A DNA stretch of 64,000 bases, taken from assembly GCA_006226965.1 (NCBI GenBank), contig SBGQ01000068.1:4445-68444 (forward strand), read 5' to 3'. Shown piece after piece: positions 9,893-21,520 of this stretch. The notes under the pieces were generated by a model. The model was not told the DNA's origin, made no database searches, and saw nothing but the letters and a program-made list of their open reading frames with translations. The DNA is from a bacterium (GTDB lineage Bacteria > Bacteroidota > Rhodothermia > Balneolales > M1805). Position 1 is the stretch's first letter, and each line of letters opens with the position of its first letter. A program made the position numbers and the translations under genes.

Positions 9893-11410
9893 TTGAAACA
9901 GTACCTAGTATCTCTTCTGATTTTGGCAACACTTTTAGGGTGTTCATCATCCATCCAAAAAAATACGCAAGACGATGGATTACCACGTGTAGAATCTGAG
10001 TTTCGTGCAGCTTGGGTGGCAACAGTTGCCAATATAAATTGGCCGTCGCGCCCCGGAATGCCGGTAGATTCACAACAATATGAGGCTAGAGTAATCTTAG
10101 ATTCGTTGAAATCGATGAGATTCAATGCTGTAATCTTTCAGGCTCGTCCACAGGCAGATGCGTTGTATAAAAGTGAATTAGAGCCTTGGAGTTATTATTT
10201 AACCGGTGAACAGGGTAAAGCTCCTGAACCATTTTACGATCCATTGGAGTTTTGGGTTGATGAAGCTCATAAACGCGGACTAGATTTACATGTTTGGGTG
10301 AATCCGTATCGTGTTCACCATCCTGACGGCGGACCTGTAACTGAAACATCAATTGCTTCAAAAATGGATTCCAATATTTGGAAACTTAGCAGTGGTTTTT
10401 ATTGGTTTGAGCCTACCAGCAAACAAACTCAAGACCATTCATATGCAGTAATTATGGATATCGTTAAGCGATACAATATCGACGGTTTGCATATGGACGA
10501 CTATTTTTATCCGTACCCAAGTTATCATAATGGTGGTTTTCCTGATTCAGTTGCATACAAGGCTTATCAAAATAACGGTGGAAAACTCTCCATTGGAGAT
10601 TGGAGAAGAGATGCCGTTAATACATTTGTACACAGATTGTACGTCGGCATCAAAAAAGAAAAACCCTGGGTTCAATTGGGAATTAGTCCGTTTGGAATAT
10701 GGCGTCCGGGTTATCCCGAATCAGTAAAAGGTTTTGACCAATACGAAAAACTCTACGCGGATGTAAAGCTTTGGGTTGAAGAAGGTTGGTTGGATTATGT
10801 AGCACCTCAATTGTATTGGTCTATCAATACTATTCCGCAAAGTTTTCCGGTTTTACTTGGCTGGTGGAACGAGATTAATATAAAGCATCGCCATGTTTGG
10901 CCGGGTGTTAGTGTAGCGCGTTTTACGGGTGAAAAACGTGTTGATGAAACAATCAATCAAATTATGATTACACGCGGAATGATGCCTGAAGCACCCGGCT
11001 TAATTCACTGGAGCATTGCGCCGCATATGAAAGATTCTGCCTTGGTTGAGGCTTTAAAAAAGGGTCCATATGCGAAAGAAGCAGTAATTCCTGCATCCGC
11101 TTGGTTGGATAAGAAAGCTCCGGTTGCCCCAGAAGTTGAACATGGAACAGAAATGGGGAATTGGATAACTAGCTGGAAACATCCAGAAAAGAATGAGTTA
11201 AGTAAAGTAATTGCATTTACCGAATATGGCGGAACTTGGTCGTTTACAATCTTACCTGTAACTAATGAACCGTTAACATTTCCATTAGAGAAAATAAAAG
11301 TTGTGCCGATAGTAGATTCATTAGAGCAAGCACCCATTTACGATATCTTAACAAACGTAAAGTTAAAAGTTATTGACAGAGCCGGGAATGTGAGTCCGGC
11401 ATCTAAGTAA
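9893..11410 (+). CDS. Glycoside-hydrolase-like family 10 (GHL10/UPF0748, YddW-type) lipoprotein
   Basis: 505 aa with a TTG start. Lipobox LLGC|SSS. The FRAAWVATVANINWPS block and the TIM-barrel-like pattern (HVWVNPYR, GLHMDDYFYP) are typical of PF02638. Confidence 0.75.
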   Translation: MKQYLVSLLILATLLGCSSSIQKNTQDDGLPRVESEFRAAWVATVANINWPSRPGMPVDSQQYEARVILDSLKSMRFNAVIFQARPQADALYKSELEPWSYYLTGEQGKAPEPFYDPLEFWVDEAHKRGLDLHVWVNPYRVHHPDGGPVTETSIASKMDSNIWKLSSGFYWFEPTSKQTQDHSYAVIMDIVKRYNIDGLHMDDYFYPYPSYHNGGFPDSVAYKAYQNNGGKLSIGDWRRDAVNTFVHRLYVGIKKEKPWVQLGISPFGIWRPGYPESVKGFDQYEKLYADVKLWVEEGWLDYVAPQLYWSINTIPQSFPVLLGWWNEINIKHRHVWPGVSVARFTGEKRVDETINQIMITRGMMPEAPGLIHWSIAPHMKDSALVEALKKGPYAKEAVIPASAWLDKKAPVAPEVEHGTEMGNWITSWKHPEKNELSKVIAFTEYGGTWSFTILPVTNEPLTFPLEKIKVVPIVDSLEQAPIYDILTNVKLKVIDRAGNVSPASK

Positions 11411-13333
11411 TTAGCCGGTAATTAAGGTATTTAATTGTGCAACGTGTTCAATTAACAAATCAACTTCTGTAACAATTTCAAAAGATGTAGCCGATAATTC
11501 TTCAGCAGAAGCAGCATTTGATTGAATAGTTTGTTCGTTTTCTTGAACACCTCTTGAAATAGAATCAGTGGTTTGCATCTGCTCATTAGTGATATCTTTT
11601 AATTCGTTAATAAGCAGATTTAGTTTGTCAGTTTCTAGATTTATTTGCTTAAAACGAACTTCATAGTCGGCTAGTTTTATTTCACCTTCTTTAGCAATAG
11701 CCATTGAATTAGAAATGATTGTTTCGGTTTGTTTCGCCGCTTGAGTTGCGCGTAATGCTAAACTTCTAACTTCATCTGCAACCACAGCGAAACCTGCGCC
11801 AGCTTCACCGGCACGAGCTGCTTCAACAGCTGCATTTAATGCTAATAAATTAGTTTGAAAGGCAATTTCATCTATACTTTTTAGAATGGATTGCGATTCT
11901 TGAGCACCATTTTGCATTAAATTAAACGTTTGTTTTAATTCGCTTAATTTTTGAAAACCTGCCATAGCTGCGTCATGTAGATTATTCGAAATGGAATGAG
12001 CAGTAATTACAGATGCTGCATTTCTTTTAGAACCACTCGCAATTTCCTGTATTCGTAAAGAAATGGTATCTGCGGAAGAGGCCTGCTGAGCTGAGCTTGA
12101 AGCTAATTCTTCAGAGTTTTGTGATAATTGATAGGCAATAGTAGAGAATTGACTTATTGATGTATCAAATGATGTAACAGTGTCTCGTATTGGTGTTTCT
12201 ATAGATTGTACAACCCAATATGCTAATATTGGAATAATGATAATTATAATTCCACCGATAAGGAAAAAAAAGGAAATCATGGAATTTAGATTTGCCATCA
12301 TTTCGTCATAAGTGATTGTTGTAAGAATAATCCAGTTTATTCCTGGTAATGAAATAGAATCGAATGCAGATAAATATCTTTGGTTGTCGTTATCTGAATA
12401 AACTAATTCGCCGGTTTGTTGTGTTTGTGCAGTTTTAAAAATAATAGAGTTGGCAATATTCGATTTTAGTCTGTTTTTGAAGCTGTTTTCAACAGTTAGG
12501 TTTTTATCTAAAAAGCTATTTGAACGCAAAAAAGCATCGTTTCCTATGAGTATAGATTCCTCTGTAACACCTTGACCCGCGCGATTGTTCATGACAGTGT
12601 TGATTTTATTTAGAGGCATTTGATAAGCTAAAACGCCAATGCGTTTATTGTTATAAAAAACAGGAGAGGCGATAAAGGAAGCCGGTTGTCCGTTCGAAGG
12701 TTCATACGGCTTATAGTCAACCATTACCGATTCACCTTGTAAAGCCGAATTTGCTTTTTGGAATGCCGTAGCCAACCCAGAATTAGAGAATTGACCATCT
12801 AAAAAATTTGTTGCATAATCTGTTTCTTTAAAAACAGAGTACACTAGATTTCCATCTATATCAAATAGAAAGATATCGTAATACTCAAATAACTGTTGTC
12901 TGGCTAAGAAAAAGGGGTGGTATTTAGCATGATTGGTATTATATAAACTGTTGTCATTCGATGAAATAAGAAGTTGTTTTTCACCAATTGGATAGGGGTT
13001 ATTTTTTATATAGGTTGTCTGTAAATAGTGAGATACATTTTCTTTTTTATCTATAAAATCCCAAGCAGATTTAAAGTCTAATATGGCATTAATTGTCGTT
13101 TTATTGCTTGCAAGTGTTATTATATGTTTATCTATGGTATTGAAATAAGTAATTATCTGGTCTTTTTTTATTTGATTGAACGCTTGAAGTGTATTATAGG
13201 CTGAAGATATGATTTCAGTTTTTAGTTTTACAAAAATAATACTTAGAACGATTACCATTGGTATTAAGACAATGGAACTCGCAAAAGTAAATAATCTTGC
13301 TTTTAGGCTTAATGATTTCGTAGTTAAATTCAT
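11411..13333 (-). CDS. Methyl-accepting chemotaxis protein with a periplasmic Cache-like sensor
   Basis: 640 aa with two TM segments flanking a sensor of about 300 aa. The conserved signalling hairpin is [38 protein letters not shown]. Confidence 0.85.
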   Translation of the reverse strand: MNLTTKSLSLKARLFTFASSIVLIPMVIVLSIIFVKLKTEIISSAYNTLQAFNQIKKDQIITYFNTIDKHIITLASNKTTINAILDFKSAWDFIDKKENVSHYLQTTYIKNNPYPIGEKQLLISSNDNSLYNTNHAKYHPFFLARQQLFEYYDIFLFDIDGNLVYSVFKETDYATNFLDGQFSNSGLATAFQKANSALQGESVMVDYKPYEPSNGQPASFIASPVFYNNKRIGVLAYQMPLNKINTVMNNRAGQGVTEESILIGNDAFLRSNSFLDKNLTVENSFKNRLKSNIANSIIFKTAQTQQTGELVYSDNDNQRYLSAFDSISLPGINWIILTTITYDEMMANLNSMISFFFLIGGIIIIIIPILAYWVVQSIETPIRDTVTSFDTSISQFSTIAYQLSQNSEELASSSAQQASSADTISLRIQEIASGSKRNAASVITAHSISNNLHDAAMAGFQKLSELKQTFNLMQNGAQESQSILKSIDEIAFQTNLLALNAAVEAARAGEAGAGFAVVADEVRSLALRATQAAKQTETIISNSMAIAKEGEIKLADYEVRFKQINLETDKLNLLINELKDITNEQMQTTDSISRGVQENEQTIQSNAASAEELSATSFEIVTEVDLLIEHVAQLNTLITG

Positions 13334-13377
13334 GATTTGATGATTCGGCTAAAGACAAAAAAAAGTTTATAAAAAAG

Positions 13378-13409
13378 AAACCCGGATTCTTTCACAAACC
13401 CGGGTTTTT
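13378..13409 (-). terminator. Rho-independent terminator after the second chemoreceptor gene
   Basis: AAACCCGG-14 nt-CCGGGTTT, with T-runs on both strands. Confidence 0.55.
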
Positions 13410-13435
13410 ATTTTGTATGATTTGGTAAACTGGTT

Positions 13436-14815
13436 CTAGTTCATAGAAACTATTGTGTTTAAAACACTTAAAGTTTCTTTTAAATGTTTAACTTGGCTTC
13501 TTAAATCCAATGAAACAGTATTAGTTTGTTCTGCTAATGCCGAGTTTTTCAGGGTTGTGTTTTCAATGTCCTGAATAGCATTTTTGAGTTCAAAAGCATT
13601 GGTACTTATAAAACTGAGTTCACTTTTGGTTTGAATAATACTTTTAGTTGCATCCTCAGAATCTGCGGCAACTTCGCTTAACTCGTTAAAGAAACTTTCA
13701 CTTTCATCTAAAATTTGTTTTGTACGTTTTGTTGTAAGTTCAAGTGAATCATTTGAGTTTTTTGCAGCAACTGATGTTTGAGTTGCTAATCTTCGAACTT
13801 CGTCAGCAACAACAGAGAAACCGGAACCTGCTGTTCCTGCTCTTGCGGCTTCAACTGAAGCATTGATAGATAAAATGTTCGTTTGAAAGGAGATAGCATC
13901 AATTTGTTTGGTTACATCTAAACTTTTATGAACAAAATGAGATATTTCTTGGAGTGATCTTCTCAGCATATCAACATTATCTGCTAATACCAATAAGGTG
14001 TCTTTGGTTTGAATCGTTTTATCATTTGATTCCTGAATTTCTTGAAAAGTTTTATCCAAAGTATTCGATAGTTCTATTAAAGATGCACTCATTTGTTGGA
14101 TATTTGCAGCCTGTCTTTGTGTTGATTCAGTTAAATCAAAACTACCTTTAGAAAGTTCACGACTATTTTTGTCTAACTCAAAAGAAATATCATTTATTTG
14201 AGAAATCATATGTTTAAAAAACACTTTAAACGGTCTGTAAAAGCTCGCATAGGTAATCGCAATTATGATGAGTACAAATACTGGAATCATATATTTGGCA
14301 AGTCCAAATAACATTAAAATTGCTCCCGACTTAACAGATAAAGCGTGGTTAAGAGCATAATTAGTGTCATAAAGCGCTGTTTTTGAAATCTTTAAAGCAG
14401 AATTATGAACATTCGATTCCTCATTTCGTAATTGTACTTTCAATTTATGTAGCTCATTTATTGAAGTTGAAACTTCTGCATTGATTTTCTGGGACTTTAA
14501 TTCATCGTTTTCGGTAATGAATTCATGTATATGTTTAAAATCTGAGATTAAACTGTCTAATAATTCTTGTTGAATTCGAATAAGATTTTGATTTTGTTGA
14601 TCTTGAATTAAAGAGTATTCGAATTGGTGAAAGCGTATTGTAGCATTATTTAGGACTGTATAATGAGAGTCTTGGTTCTTAATTACCGAACTCCCATAAA
14701 TGATGATAAGAAGAGTTGTAAAAGCAGCTATGCTAACAGCAGAAATAATTAATTTATAGGATAGACCTACATTGATTTTATTAGTTAAACGGGGTTGATT
14801 TTCCATAAAAGACAC
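13436..14815 (-). CDS. Methyl-accepting chemotaxis protein
   Basis: 459 aa with two TM segments. Signalling domain: [37 protein letters not shown]. Confidence 0.8.
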   Translation of the reverse strand: MSFMENQPRLTNKINVGLSYKLIISAVSIAAFTTLLIIIYGSSVIKNQDSHYTVLNNATIRFHQFEYSLIQDQQNQNLIRIQQELLDSLISDFKHIHEFITENDELKSQKINAEVSTSINELHKLKVQLRNEESNVHNSALKISKTALYDTNYALNHALSVKSGAILMLFGLAKYMIPVFVLIIIAITYASFYRPFKVFFKHMISQINDISFELDKNSRELSKGSFDLTESTQRQAANIQQMSASLIELSNTLDKTFQEIQESNDKTIQTKDTLLVLADNVDMLRRSLQEISHFVHKSLDVTKQIDAISFQTNILSINASVEAARAGTAGSGFSVVADEVRRLATQTSVAAKNSNDSLELTTKRTKQILDESESFFNELSEVAADSEDATKSIIQTKSELSFISTNAFELKNAIQDIENTTLKNSALAEQTNTVSLDLRSQVKHLKETLSVLNTIVSMN

Positions 14816-14970
14816 ACGAAAAAAAAATGTTACAATAATCGAAGTTCAAGTGTTGAGCGCTATTATTGTTAATCAAAAATATTAGTATAACTAATTGCCT
14901 ACAAGGTGTTTACGCAAATGTAACTGCATTCAATACTAACGATTTTATAGACTAGGTAAATTAAAATCGT

Positions 14971-17940
14971 TTAATAATCTTTGGGCAGGTAAACATCAAA
15001 AGTAGTTCCTTTGTCAACAACACTTTTAACTTCAATTTTTCCCCCCATTGTTTCTATTTGATTCTTAACCATAAAAAGCCCTAAACCTCGAGCATCTTCA
15101 TTTTCGTGAAACGTTTTTAATAGGCCAAATAATTTTAATCCGTACTTTTCTAAATCAATGCCTAATCCGTTATCCTGAAAACTGATTTTAACAAACTCTT
15201 TTTCAGTTTGAGCTTTTATTAAAATTTTAGCCTTTCTTTTCGGACTTCTATACTTAATAGCATTAGTTAGCAAATTTAGAAAGATACTTTCGGCAAAATC
15301 CTGATGTACATATATATTCGTTTGTTTAGGAATTTGAAGTTCAATATCAACGTTTGCTTGCTCTTTCAAGAAATAAATACTGTTAATAACCTTTTCGGTT
15401 AAAGCCTGCACATTTATTGATTCATAACTAAGATCAGCATCTGAAAAAACGGAACTTGTTTCTGAAATATGTTTTACAAGACTCATCAAATTATCAGCCG
15501 CTTTTCTCAAATAGTTAAACATTTCATTGGTATGTAGATGTTTAAATTCTTCCATCAATAAGTATATAATACCAGTGATATTAGAACTGTGAGAGCGAAG
15601 ATTATGCGAAATAATGTGTGCGTAATTCTGAAGTATATTATTCTGATTTTGAATTCGATGTATTAATTTTTGTTTTTCAACTTCAGCATTATGCAGTAAA
15701 GTAATGTCGCGACTTAAAACAATAATCTGATTATCGTTTAATTTCGTAAAGCGAGCCTCAAAATATGCTTCTGTCACACCAATAGGTAAGGAGTATTCAA
15801 ATAATATAGGCTTCCCGGTTTTTATAACCTTTTTAATGTTATCCAAAATCTGCTTACTGAACTGTGCCGGAAAAATATCATTGACACTTTTATTGATAAA
15901 GAGTTCCGGCGGCATAAGAAGTTTAGATTCATTACCGGCAACCCAATCCACTAAGATGCCATCATTACTCATAATAAATACTAAATCAGGAATAGTACTT
16001 AGAATTGACTCAGTATATTTCTTTGAATCTATCAAGAGTTGTTCATTAGCTTTTCTTTGGCTGATATCCTGAAGGGTTCCAAATAGCCTTACACACTTTC
16101 CATTTTCAAAAACAGGTTCTCCAATTGATCTCACCCATTTCATTGGTCGGCTTGGAGTTTCTAATAAACGTAGCTCAATATCGTATTTTGCACCTGTACT
16201 AATACTGTTGTTAATACTTTGTTTTAGTAATTCTAAGTCTTCGCTACGGTATAACTCATCAATTTTACCAATCTCAATTTCAAGGTCTTGAGGTACTTCG
16301 AAAATTTCATATAACATTGAACTCCAAATGATTTTCCCTGTGTCAATATGGTATTCCCAATTTCCAAGTTTAGCTTGTATGGAAGCTCGCTCATAAGCAT
16401 TTTTAACCTTTAGTAATTCAATCTCATTATTTTTTTGCTGATTAATATCTACTGAAATACCCAAGAGGTGTGAAACGCTGCCATCTTGATTTAGCAGAGG
16501 TTTTACATTTGCTTTATGCCAATGGAATTTTTCGTCGTTATACAACAATCTATATTCAACATCTTCAACCACTTCGTTATTCTTAAAGACATGGTTAATT
16601 GCTGAAAAACAAATTTCTAAATCGTCAGGGTGTACAAATTTATGAAAGGACCTTCCGAGCATTAATTTCTTGGTATTTTCATCATATCTGTTAACAGAAC
16701 TTGAAATAAAGGTGAACTTTCCTTCATTATTCAAGTGAAAAATGATATCGTGTGTATTATGTACGATACTTTTTAATTTCTGCTCGTTTTCTTTGAGTAA
16801 AAGTTCTTTTGATTTTAATTCTGTTATATCAACAGTTACACCGGTTATGCCAATAACCTCATTTTTGTCATTTATTATGCCAGTCAAATTATTACGAAAC
16901 CATTTTTCAGAACCTTCTTTGGTAATAAATTTTGTTTCAGTGATTTGACTACTTCCCGGTTGCTCTAAAACCTTGAAAAATTGTTTTTTTATTAATTCCT
17001 GATAATCGGGGTGTATAAATCGATATAAATCAGACTCAATAATTTCATTAGCAGTATAACCCGTAATGTATTCGACGGAAGGCGAGAGGTATATAAAATT
17101 AAAGTCAGTATTCATCATGTAAATGATGTCTGAACTATTCTCAAATAAAATTCTTAATTCTTGTTCACGTCGTTTTAATATGGACTCGTTTAATTTTAAG
17201 AGTGAGATGTCGTAGCCAATGCAAAGTGTTTGTAAATAATCGCCCTTGTTATCTGTAATTCCAAGAAACTCCCATAAAATTGAATAGTGTTTATTGTGGA
17301 TGAATTTAGTGAGTTCAACTTGAATCTTCTTATTGGGAAATTGCTGACATTCTAATCCTGCTTGAATACATTTCTCAATATCCGATTCAACTATCCAGGT
17401 TAACGAAGATTTACCAATAATTTCTTCGAGTTTTAAATCGAAGTAAGACAAGTAATACTCATTTACATAGGTATAATTAGCTTGATTATCGATTGCAATC
17501 AAAAAAAAGGTCTGATTCTCTAATATTTTACTGGCAAAATTCAAATTGGCAGATGATGTTTTTTGAGACATTGTTTCAAGTTTGCCAATGAAATACAATG
17601 GTTTAGATTGATTAGAAATGATATTGCCATTACAGATGTAATCTACCGTTTCTCCTGTTTTCGTAAGTAAACCAAACTGCGTACTAATTTCATTTGATGA
17701 GTTTTTCAAAAGAGTTATAAGCTGCTGAAATTCATCTTTTTTAAATAGACTTTGATAGTTATTGTTTATTTCTAAGGATGAATTGTATCCCAAGTCATTC
17801 AAAATAGGAGGGTTAAATAAGCAGGTTTCTTCTCTATAGTTATAAATAAACAAACCTATTTTTGATTGTTCAATCAAATTATCAAGCACTAAACTATTTC
17901 CTAGAAACCCTTCAAACTCTTCGGTATCTAAAGTTTTCAT
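14971..17940 (-). CDS. Multi-PAS/PAC sensor histidine kinase (cytoplasmic)
   Basis: 989 aa with several PAS-like repeats (e.g. WFRNNLTGIINDKNEVIGITGVTVDITELK, KWVRSIGEPVFENGKCVRLFGTLQDISQRK). H-box: HIISHNLRSH. ATPase motifs: N-box NLLTNAIKY and G-boxes DNGLGID / GLGLFMV. Confidence 0.85.
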   Translation of the reverse strand: MKTLDTEEFEGFLGNSLVLDNLIEQSKIGLFIYNYREETCLFNPPILNDLGYNSSLEINNNYQSLFKKDEFQQLITLLKNSSNEISTQFGLLTKTGETVDYICNGNIISNQSKPLYFIGKLETMSQKTSSANLNFASKILENQTFFLIAIDNQANYTYVNEYYLSYFDLKLEEIIGKSSLTWIVESDIEKCIQAGLECQQFPNKKIQVELTKFIHNKHYSILWEFLGITDNKGDYLQTLCIGYDISLLKLNESILKRREQELRILFENSSDIIYMMNTDFNFIYLSPSVEYITGYTANEIIESDLYRFIHPDYQELIKKQFFKVLEQPGSSQITETKFITKEGSEKWFRNNLTGIINDKNEVIGITGVTVDITELKSKELLLKENEQKLKSIVHNTHDIIFHLNNEGKFTFISSSVNRYDENTKKLMLGRSFHKFVHPDDLEICFSAINHVFKNNEVVEDVEYRLLYNDEKFHWHKANVKPLLNQDGSVSHLLGISVDINQQKNNEIELLKVKNAYERASIQAKLGNWEYHIDTGKIIWSSMLYEIFEVPQDLEIEIGKIDELYRSEDLELLKQSINNSISTGAKYDIELRLLETPSRPMKWVRSIGEPVFENGKCVRLFGTLQDISQRKANEQLLIDSKKYTESILSTIPDLVFIMSNDGILVDWVAGNESKLLMPPELFINKSVNDIFPAQFSKQILDNIKKVIKTGKPILFEYSLPIGVTEAYFEARFTKLNDNQIIVLSRDITLLHNAEVEKQKLIHRIQNQNNILQNYAHIISHNLRSHSSNITGIIYLLMEEFKHLHTNEMFNYLRKAADNLMSLVKHISETSSVFSDADLSYESINVQALTEKVINSIYFLKEQANVDIELQIPKQTNIYVHQDFAESIFLNLLTNAIKYRSPKRKAKILIKAQTEKEFVKISFQDNGLGIDLEKYGLKLFGLLKTFHENEDARGLGLFMVKNQIETMGGKIEVKSVVDKGTTFDVYLPKDY

Positions 17941-18203
17941 CTTAAGTAATCAAATAAGCTAAATAGACACTAACATGTTTATAATAAACATATTAAGAAG
18001 TTAAATAAAGAGATGGGACGCAAAGGTTAATAAACTGTGCAAAAAAATTGCACAAAATGCAGCGGATATAAGTCTAAGTAAAATAAAAAGCTATCTCATA
18101 AATGATAGTTCATGTAGTACAACAACTTCTGTCGATTGGGTAAATCTATAATTATTGTTATAAAATTTTAATCTCAATAAAAACTAACGATTATAATATA
18201 GTG

Positions 18204-18902
18204 CTAATCTTTTCTTAACTGCAGATACTGCGGCCTGAATCGAATCTCAGAAATAACATTACCGGGTTCTGATTGTATTACCTGAATGGCAATGGATGCA
18301 ATAACTTCTGGATTAAGAGCAGCATACGGATTATCACTTGGTTTAAAACTAAGAGTGTCATAAAAGTGGGTTGCTGTGATATCGGGAATAAGCGTACACA
18401 CTTTTAGATCTTGTTTGCGGTAGTCTTCAAATAATCCGTTCATAAAATGGTATAAACCTGCTTTTGCCGCAGCATATGGACCACCCCAGCGACTTGTTGT
18501 TGTTCCGGCGTGTGAACCTAAAGCAATAATATTCCCTTTACTTGCAATCAAATCATGAATAAAATGTCTGGTTAACATCATCGGAATAGTGAGATGTATT
18601 TTTGTCAAGCGTTCAATATCCTCAATGCTGATATGTTCGATAGCTTTAAACAATCCAAAACCAGCACTGTGAATTAAAACATCAAGATGCTTACCCGTAT
18701 CTCGGCGAACCTGTGTAACCCATTGATTCATAAATCCCTTATCCAACAAATCACCTTCTTCAAAGTGTAGATTCGTATGCGAGAATTCACAGTTTTCAGG
18801 ATGTCTGCTAACCGAAAAAACCTTGAAATCCAGTTCTAATAACTTTTTTGTAATAGCTAATCCGATGCCGGAAGAAGCACCAGTAATAACGGCTGTTTTC
18901 AT
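18204..18902 (-). CDS. Short-chain dehydrogenase/reductase (SDR) family oxidoreductase
   Basis: The start at the ATG at 18902 gives MKTAVITGASSGIGLA (TGxxxGxG Rossmann motif). NSAG-like HSAG and the catalytic YAAAK are present. Confidence 0.85.
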   Translation of the reverse strand: MKTAVITGASSGIGLAITKKLLELDFKVFSVSRHPENCEFSHTNLHFEEGDLLDKGFMNQWVTQVRRDTGKHLDVLIHSAGFGLFKAIEHISIEDIERLTKIHLTIPMMLTRHFIHDLIASKGNIIALGSHAGTTTSRWGGPYAAAKAGLYHFMNGLFEDYRKQDLKVCTLIPDITATHFYDTLSFKPSDNPYAALNPEVIASIAIQVIQSEPGNVISEIRFRPQYLQLRKD

Positions 18903-19012
18903 GCTTGGGAATATAGAAAAAAGAGTATTTTTGTTGACCATTTCAAAAGGTTTTTTCTAAGCAAATCTAAGCTTTGAATCATCTGCATAATCTTTAGTTT
19001 TATTTCTTTTAT

Positions 19013-19927
19013 ATGAAAAAGTGGCTATTCCTTTTCACTTGTTTAATCATTCATCAGACAAGTTATTCACAGAATTTTCAAACTCAATTTGAACGTGCAT
19101 TTAATGCAAAAGACATTGAAAAAGCTGAACAGATTTTAATGGAGTGGGAAACTAATAATCCAAAAAATCCAGAGCTTTATACCTCTTATTTCAACTTTTA
19201 TGCCTTGAAAGCCAGAGAGGAAACTTATTCAATAAATACATCTAGTCCCAATAAAGACGCGCTTTCATTATCTGATAGCTCCGGAAAAAATGTAGGCCAT
19301 TTAACGAGTGAAATAAACTTCGATAGTGTGATTATGCAAAATGGAATTGAAAAGATTTCAAAAGGTATTGAATTGTTTCCCAATAGATTAGATATGAGAT
19401 TTGGTAAAATTTATATGTATGGCGAGATGGGGAAATGGGACTTGTTTACTCAAGATATAATCCAAGTGTTAGACAAGAATCAGGAATTGAAAGGGAAATG
19501 GCTATGGAGTAATAATGCTCCATTTATGGCTAGTGAAGAAGAATTTTTGTCCTCAATTCAGGATTATCAAAACAAAATATATAACACCGAGAAAGATCAG
19601 CTTCTGCCTTATATGAGAACGATCGCATTAAAAGTTATCGAGTATCATCCCAAACACACTCCAAGTTACAGCAATGTTGGTCTAACGTATTATCTTGAAG
19701 GAAATCTAAAAGAGGCATTGGTTTACTTTCTAAATGCTGAAATGATTTCTCCGGATGATACTATTGTATTAATAAATATTGCTCAAACGTATATTCACGA
19801 TAATAAATTAGAAAAAGCAAAATCCTATTTTGAAAAGGCGGCGAACGTAGGTGATGAGCAAATAAAAAAGTATGCCAATCAAATGATTCAGGTTATACAA
19901 ACTCAAATAAATGCTAAAAAAGAATAG
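19013..19927 (+). CDS. Secreted TPR-repeat protein
   Basis: 304 aa. Signal peptide MKKWLFLFTCLIIHQTSYSQ. C-terminal TPR-like repeats (GNLKEALVYFLNAEMISPDD..., NKLEKAKSYFEKAANVG). Confidence 0.55.
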   Translation: MKKWLFLFTCLIIHQTSYSQNFQTQFERAFNAKDIEKAEQILMEWETNNPKNPELYTSYFNFYALKAREETYSINTSSPNKDALSLSDSSGKNVGHLTSEINFDSVIMQNGIEKISKGIELFPNRLDMRFGKIYMYGEMGKWDLFTQDIIQVLDKNQELKGKWLWSNNAPFMASEEEFLSSIQDYQNKIYNTEKDQLLPYMRTIALKVIEYHPKHTPSYSNVGLTYYLEGNLKEALVYFLNAEMISPDDTIVLINIAQTYIHDNKLEKAKSYFEKAANVGDEQIKKYANQMIQVIQTQINAKKE

Positions 19928-19936
19928 CTTACAATC

Positions 19937-20683
19937 TTATTCTTTAACAATTGATTGGTTTAATTTTTTTGAAACTAGTTCTAAATCGGCTGTTAAAACC
20001 GGAAATGTTACGTCTTTTGTAACTGTATTTTTTCCGGCACTTTTCGAATAACTTAATTTTTGATAGTAAAGTTTTACGCATGAGACAGAGTCGTTTAATT
20101 CTATCATTTCAAATGAGGTTATTCTGCCTTTGCTTTTTCTCCAGTTAATATGATGTGGCCCGAATAAAACTCCACTATCTTGAACAAAAACATATCTTTG
20201 CGCTTCTGTGGAAGCTTTTTTTAGCAAATTGATGTGAAGATATTTAACTAAAACCCCAACTATTCCAAGAACCAAACCTATTGTAGCTCCATCTGATAGA
20301 GAAACAGGAATGAAGTTTAACCATGAACTTAGCATACCCGCCAAAACAAACAGAATGATTAAACTCCAGTAATTCGCTTTATTCTCTTGAAGTAAATACC
20401 TCGTAAACGTATTCCAATCAGCCTGAGAAAACGTTTGTTTATATAGGTGATCCCCGTTCAATAAGGCTTTTCGTTCATTTGATTGCGTTACATACATCAA
20501 CAATAAAATAAATCCCATTATTCCGGGTAAAAAGACTGCCAGCCATAGTATCCCAAAAGAAAAGTCAGACCATTTGGTATCTGATTCACTTAGTACAAAC
20601 ATACTTAAGCCAAGTAATGTTGTAACAAGGTTTAATTGGAAATAAAGGACGATATATGTTTTAAAAAAACTCCAATGACTCAT
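19937..20683 (-). CDS. Hypothetical integral membrane protein
   Basis: 248 aa with four predicted TM helices and a soluble tail of about 90 aa. No family recognised. Confidence 0.45.
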   Translation of the reverse strand: MSHWSFFKTYIVLYFQLNLVTTLLGLSMFVLSESDTKWSDFSFGILWLAVFLPGIMGFILLLMYVTQSNERKALLNGDHLYKQTFSQADWNTFTRYLLQENKANYWSLIILFVLAGMLSSWLNFIPVSLSDGATIGLVLGIVGVLVKYLHINLLKKASTEAQRYVFVQDSGVLFGPHHINWRKSKGRITSFEMIELNDSVSCVKLYYQKLSYSKSAGKNTVTKDVTFPVLTADLELVSKKLNQSIVKE

Positions 20684-20869
20684 GTTTTAATAAAAGGATT
20701 TTTGAGATTCAATGAAACAGGATGTTTTATACTATCTGTTTATTTCAAAACACAAATTTTCATACAAATTGAATCATTACTTCTCAACATATGCAAAGTT
20801 GAAGGGTGATACATTTTTGCTTGATTTTTGCATTACCTCTGTTAACTTAATGCAGTATATGGAGGTTCT

Positions 20870-21448
20870 ATGCATCAACTCTTATTACAAACTTTGCAAA
20901 CTATTGCACCTCTTCAAGAATCTGAAATAGATCAGATTAAAGCTTCATTTCACGTGTTGAAGCTCAAAAAAGGTGATTTATTTCTTAAGTCCGGCGAGGT
21001 GAGCCAGTGGGTTGGTTTTATTAATTCCGGTTTGGTGCGTTATTTTGTGATGAAAAACGGCGATGAATCTACCTTTGAGTTTACCAAAGAAGGTGAGTTT
21101 GTTTCAGATTATCAGAGTTTTTTACACCAAAAACCGAGTTTGCAGCACATTCAGGCCATAGAAGACACCGAATTGTTGGTGATAAACAGGGAAGATGTGT
21201 TGGCTGTTTTTACCCGTACACTTCATGGAAATCTATTGGGACGTGTAATTGTGGAACATCGTTTTGGAATAATGGTCGACCAATTGCTTGCTGTTTATAT
21301 GCAAAATGAGGAAGAGCGTTATATGTCGTTCATTTCCAATTATTCGGATTTAGTTCAGCGAATTCCACAGTACATGATTGCATCTTATGTCGGTGTGAAA
21401 CCTCAATCTTTAAGTCGTATTCGCCGACGTTTTGCCGGAAGAAGTTAA
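20870..21448 (+). CDS. Crp/Fnr family transcriptional regulator (cNMP-binding domain plus C-terminal HTH)
   Basis: 192 aa. It shows a cNMP-binding beta-roll pattern (KGDLFLKSGEVSQWVGFINSGLVRYF) and a C-terminal HTH (IASYVGVKPQSLSRIRRR). Confidence 0.8.
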   Translation: MHQLLLQTLQTIAPLQESEIDQIKASFHVLKLKKGDLFLKSGEVSQWVGFINSGLVRYFVMKNGDESTFEFTKEGEFVSDYQSFLHQKPSLQHIQAIEDTELLVINREDVLAVFTRTLHGNLLGRVIVEHRFGIMVDQLLAVYMQNEEERYMSFISNYSDLVQRIPQYMIASYVGVKPQSLSRIRRRFAGRS

Positions 21449-21520
21449 CCTGGGTTCATCGACAAAAAGAAAATGGACTCGTAGATTGGTGATGAAATCA
21501 TCATAAACCATAGAAATACT

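Noticed and set aside
9849-10361. Minus-strand ORFs 9849-10073, 9871-10125 and 10122-10361
   Set aside because: They are antisense to the GHL10 lipoprotein gene, which has strong family motifs.
20712-20930. 72-aa ORF overlapping the start of the Crp/Fnr gene
   Set aside because: It has AT-rich low-complexity translation and overlaps a better-supported gene in another frame.
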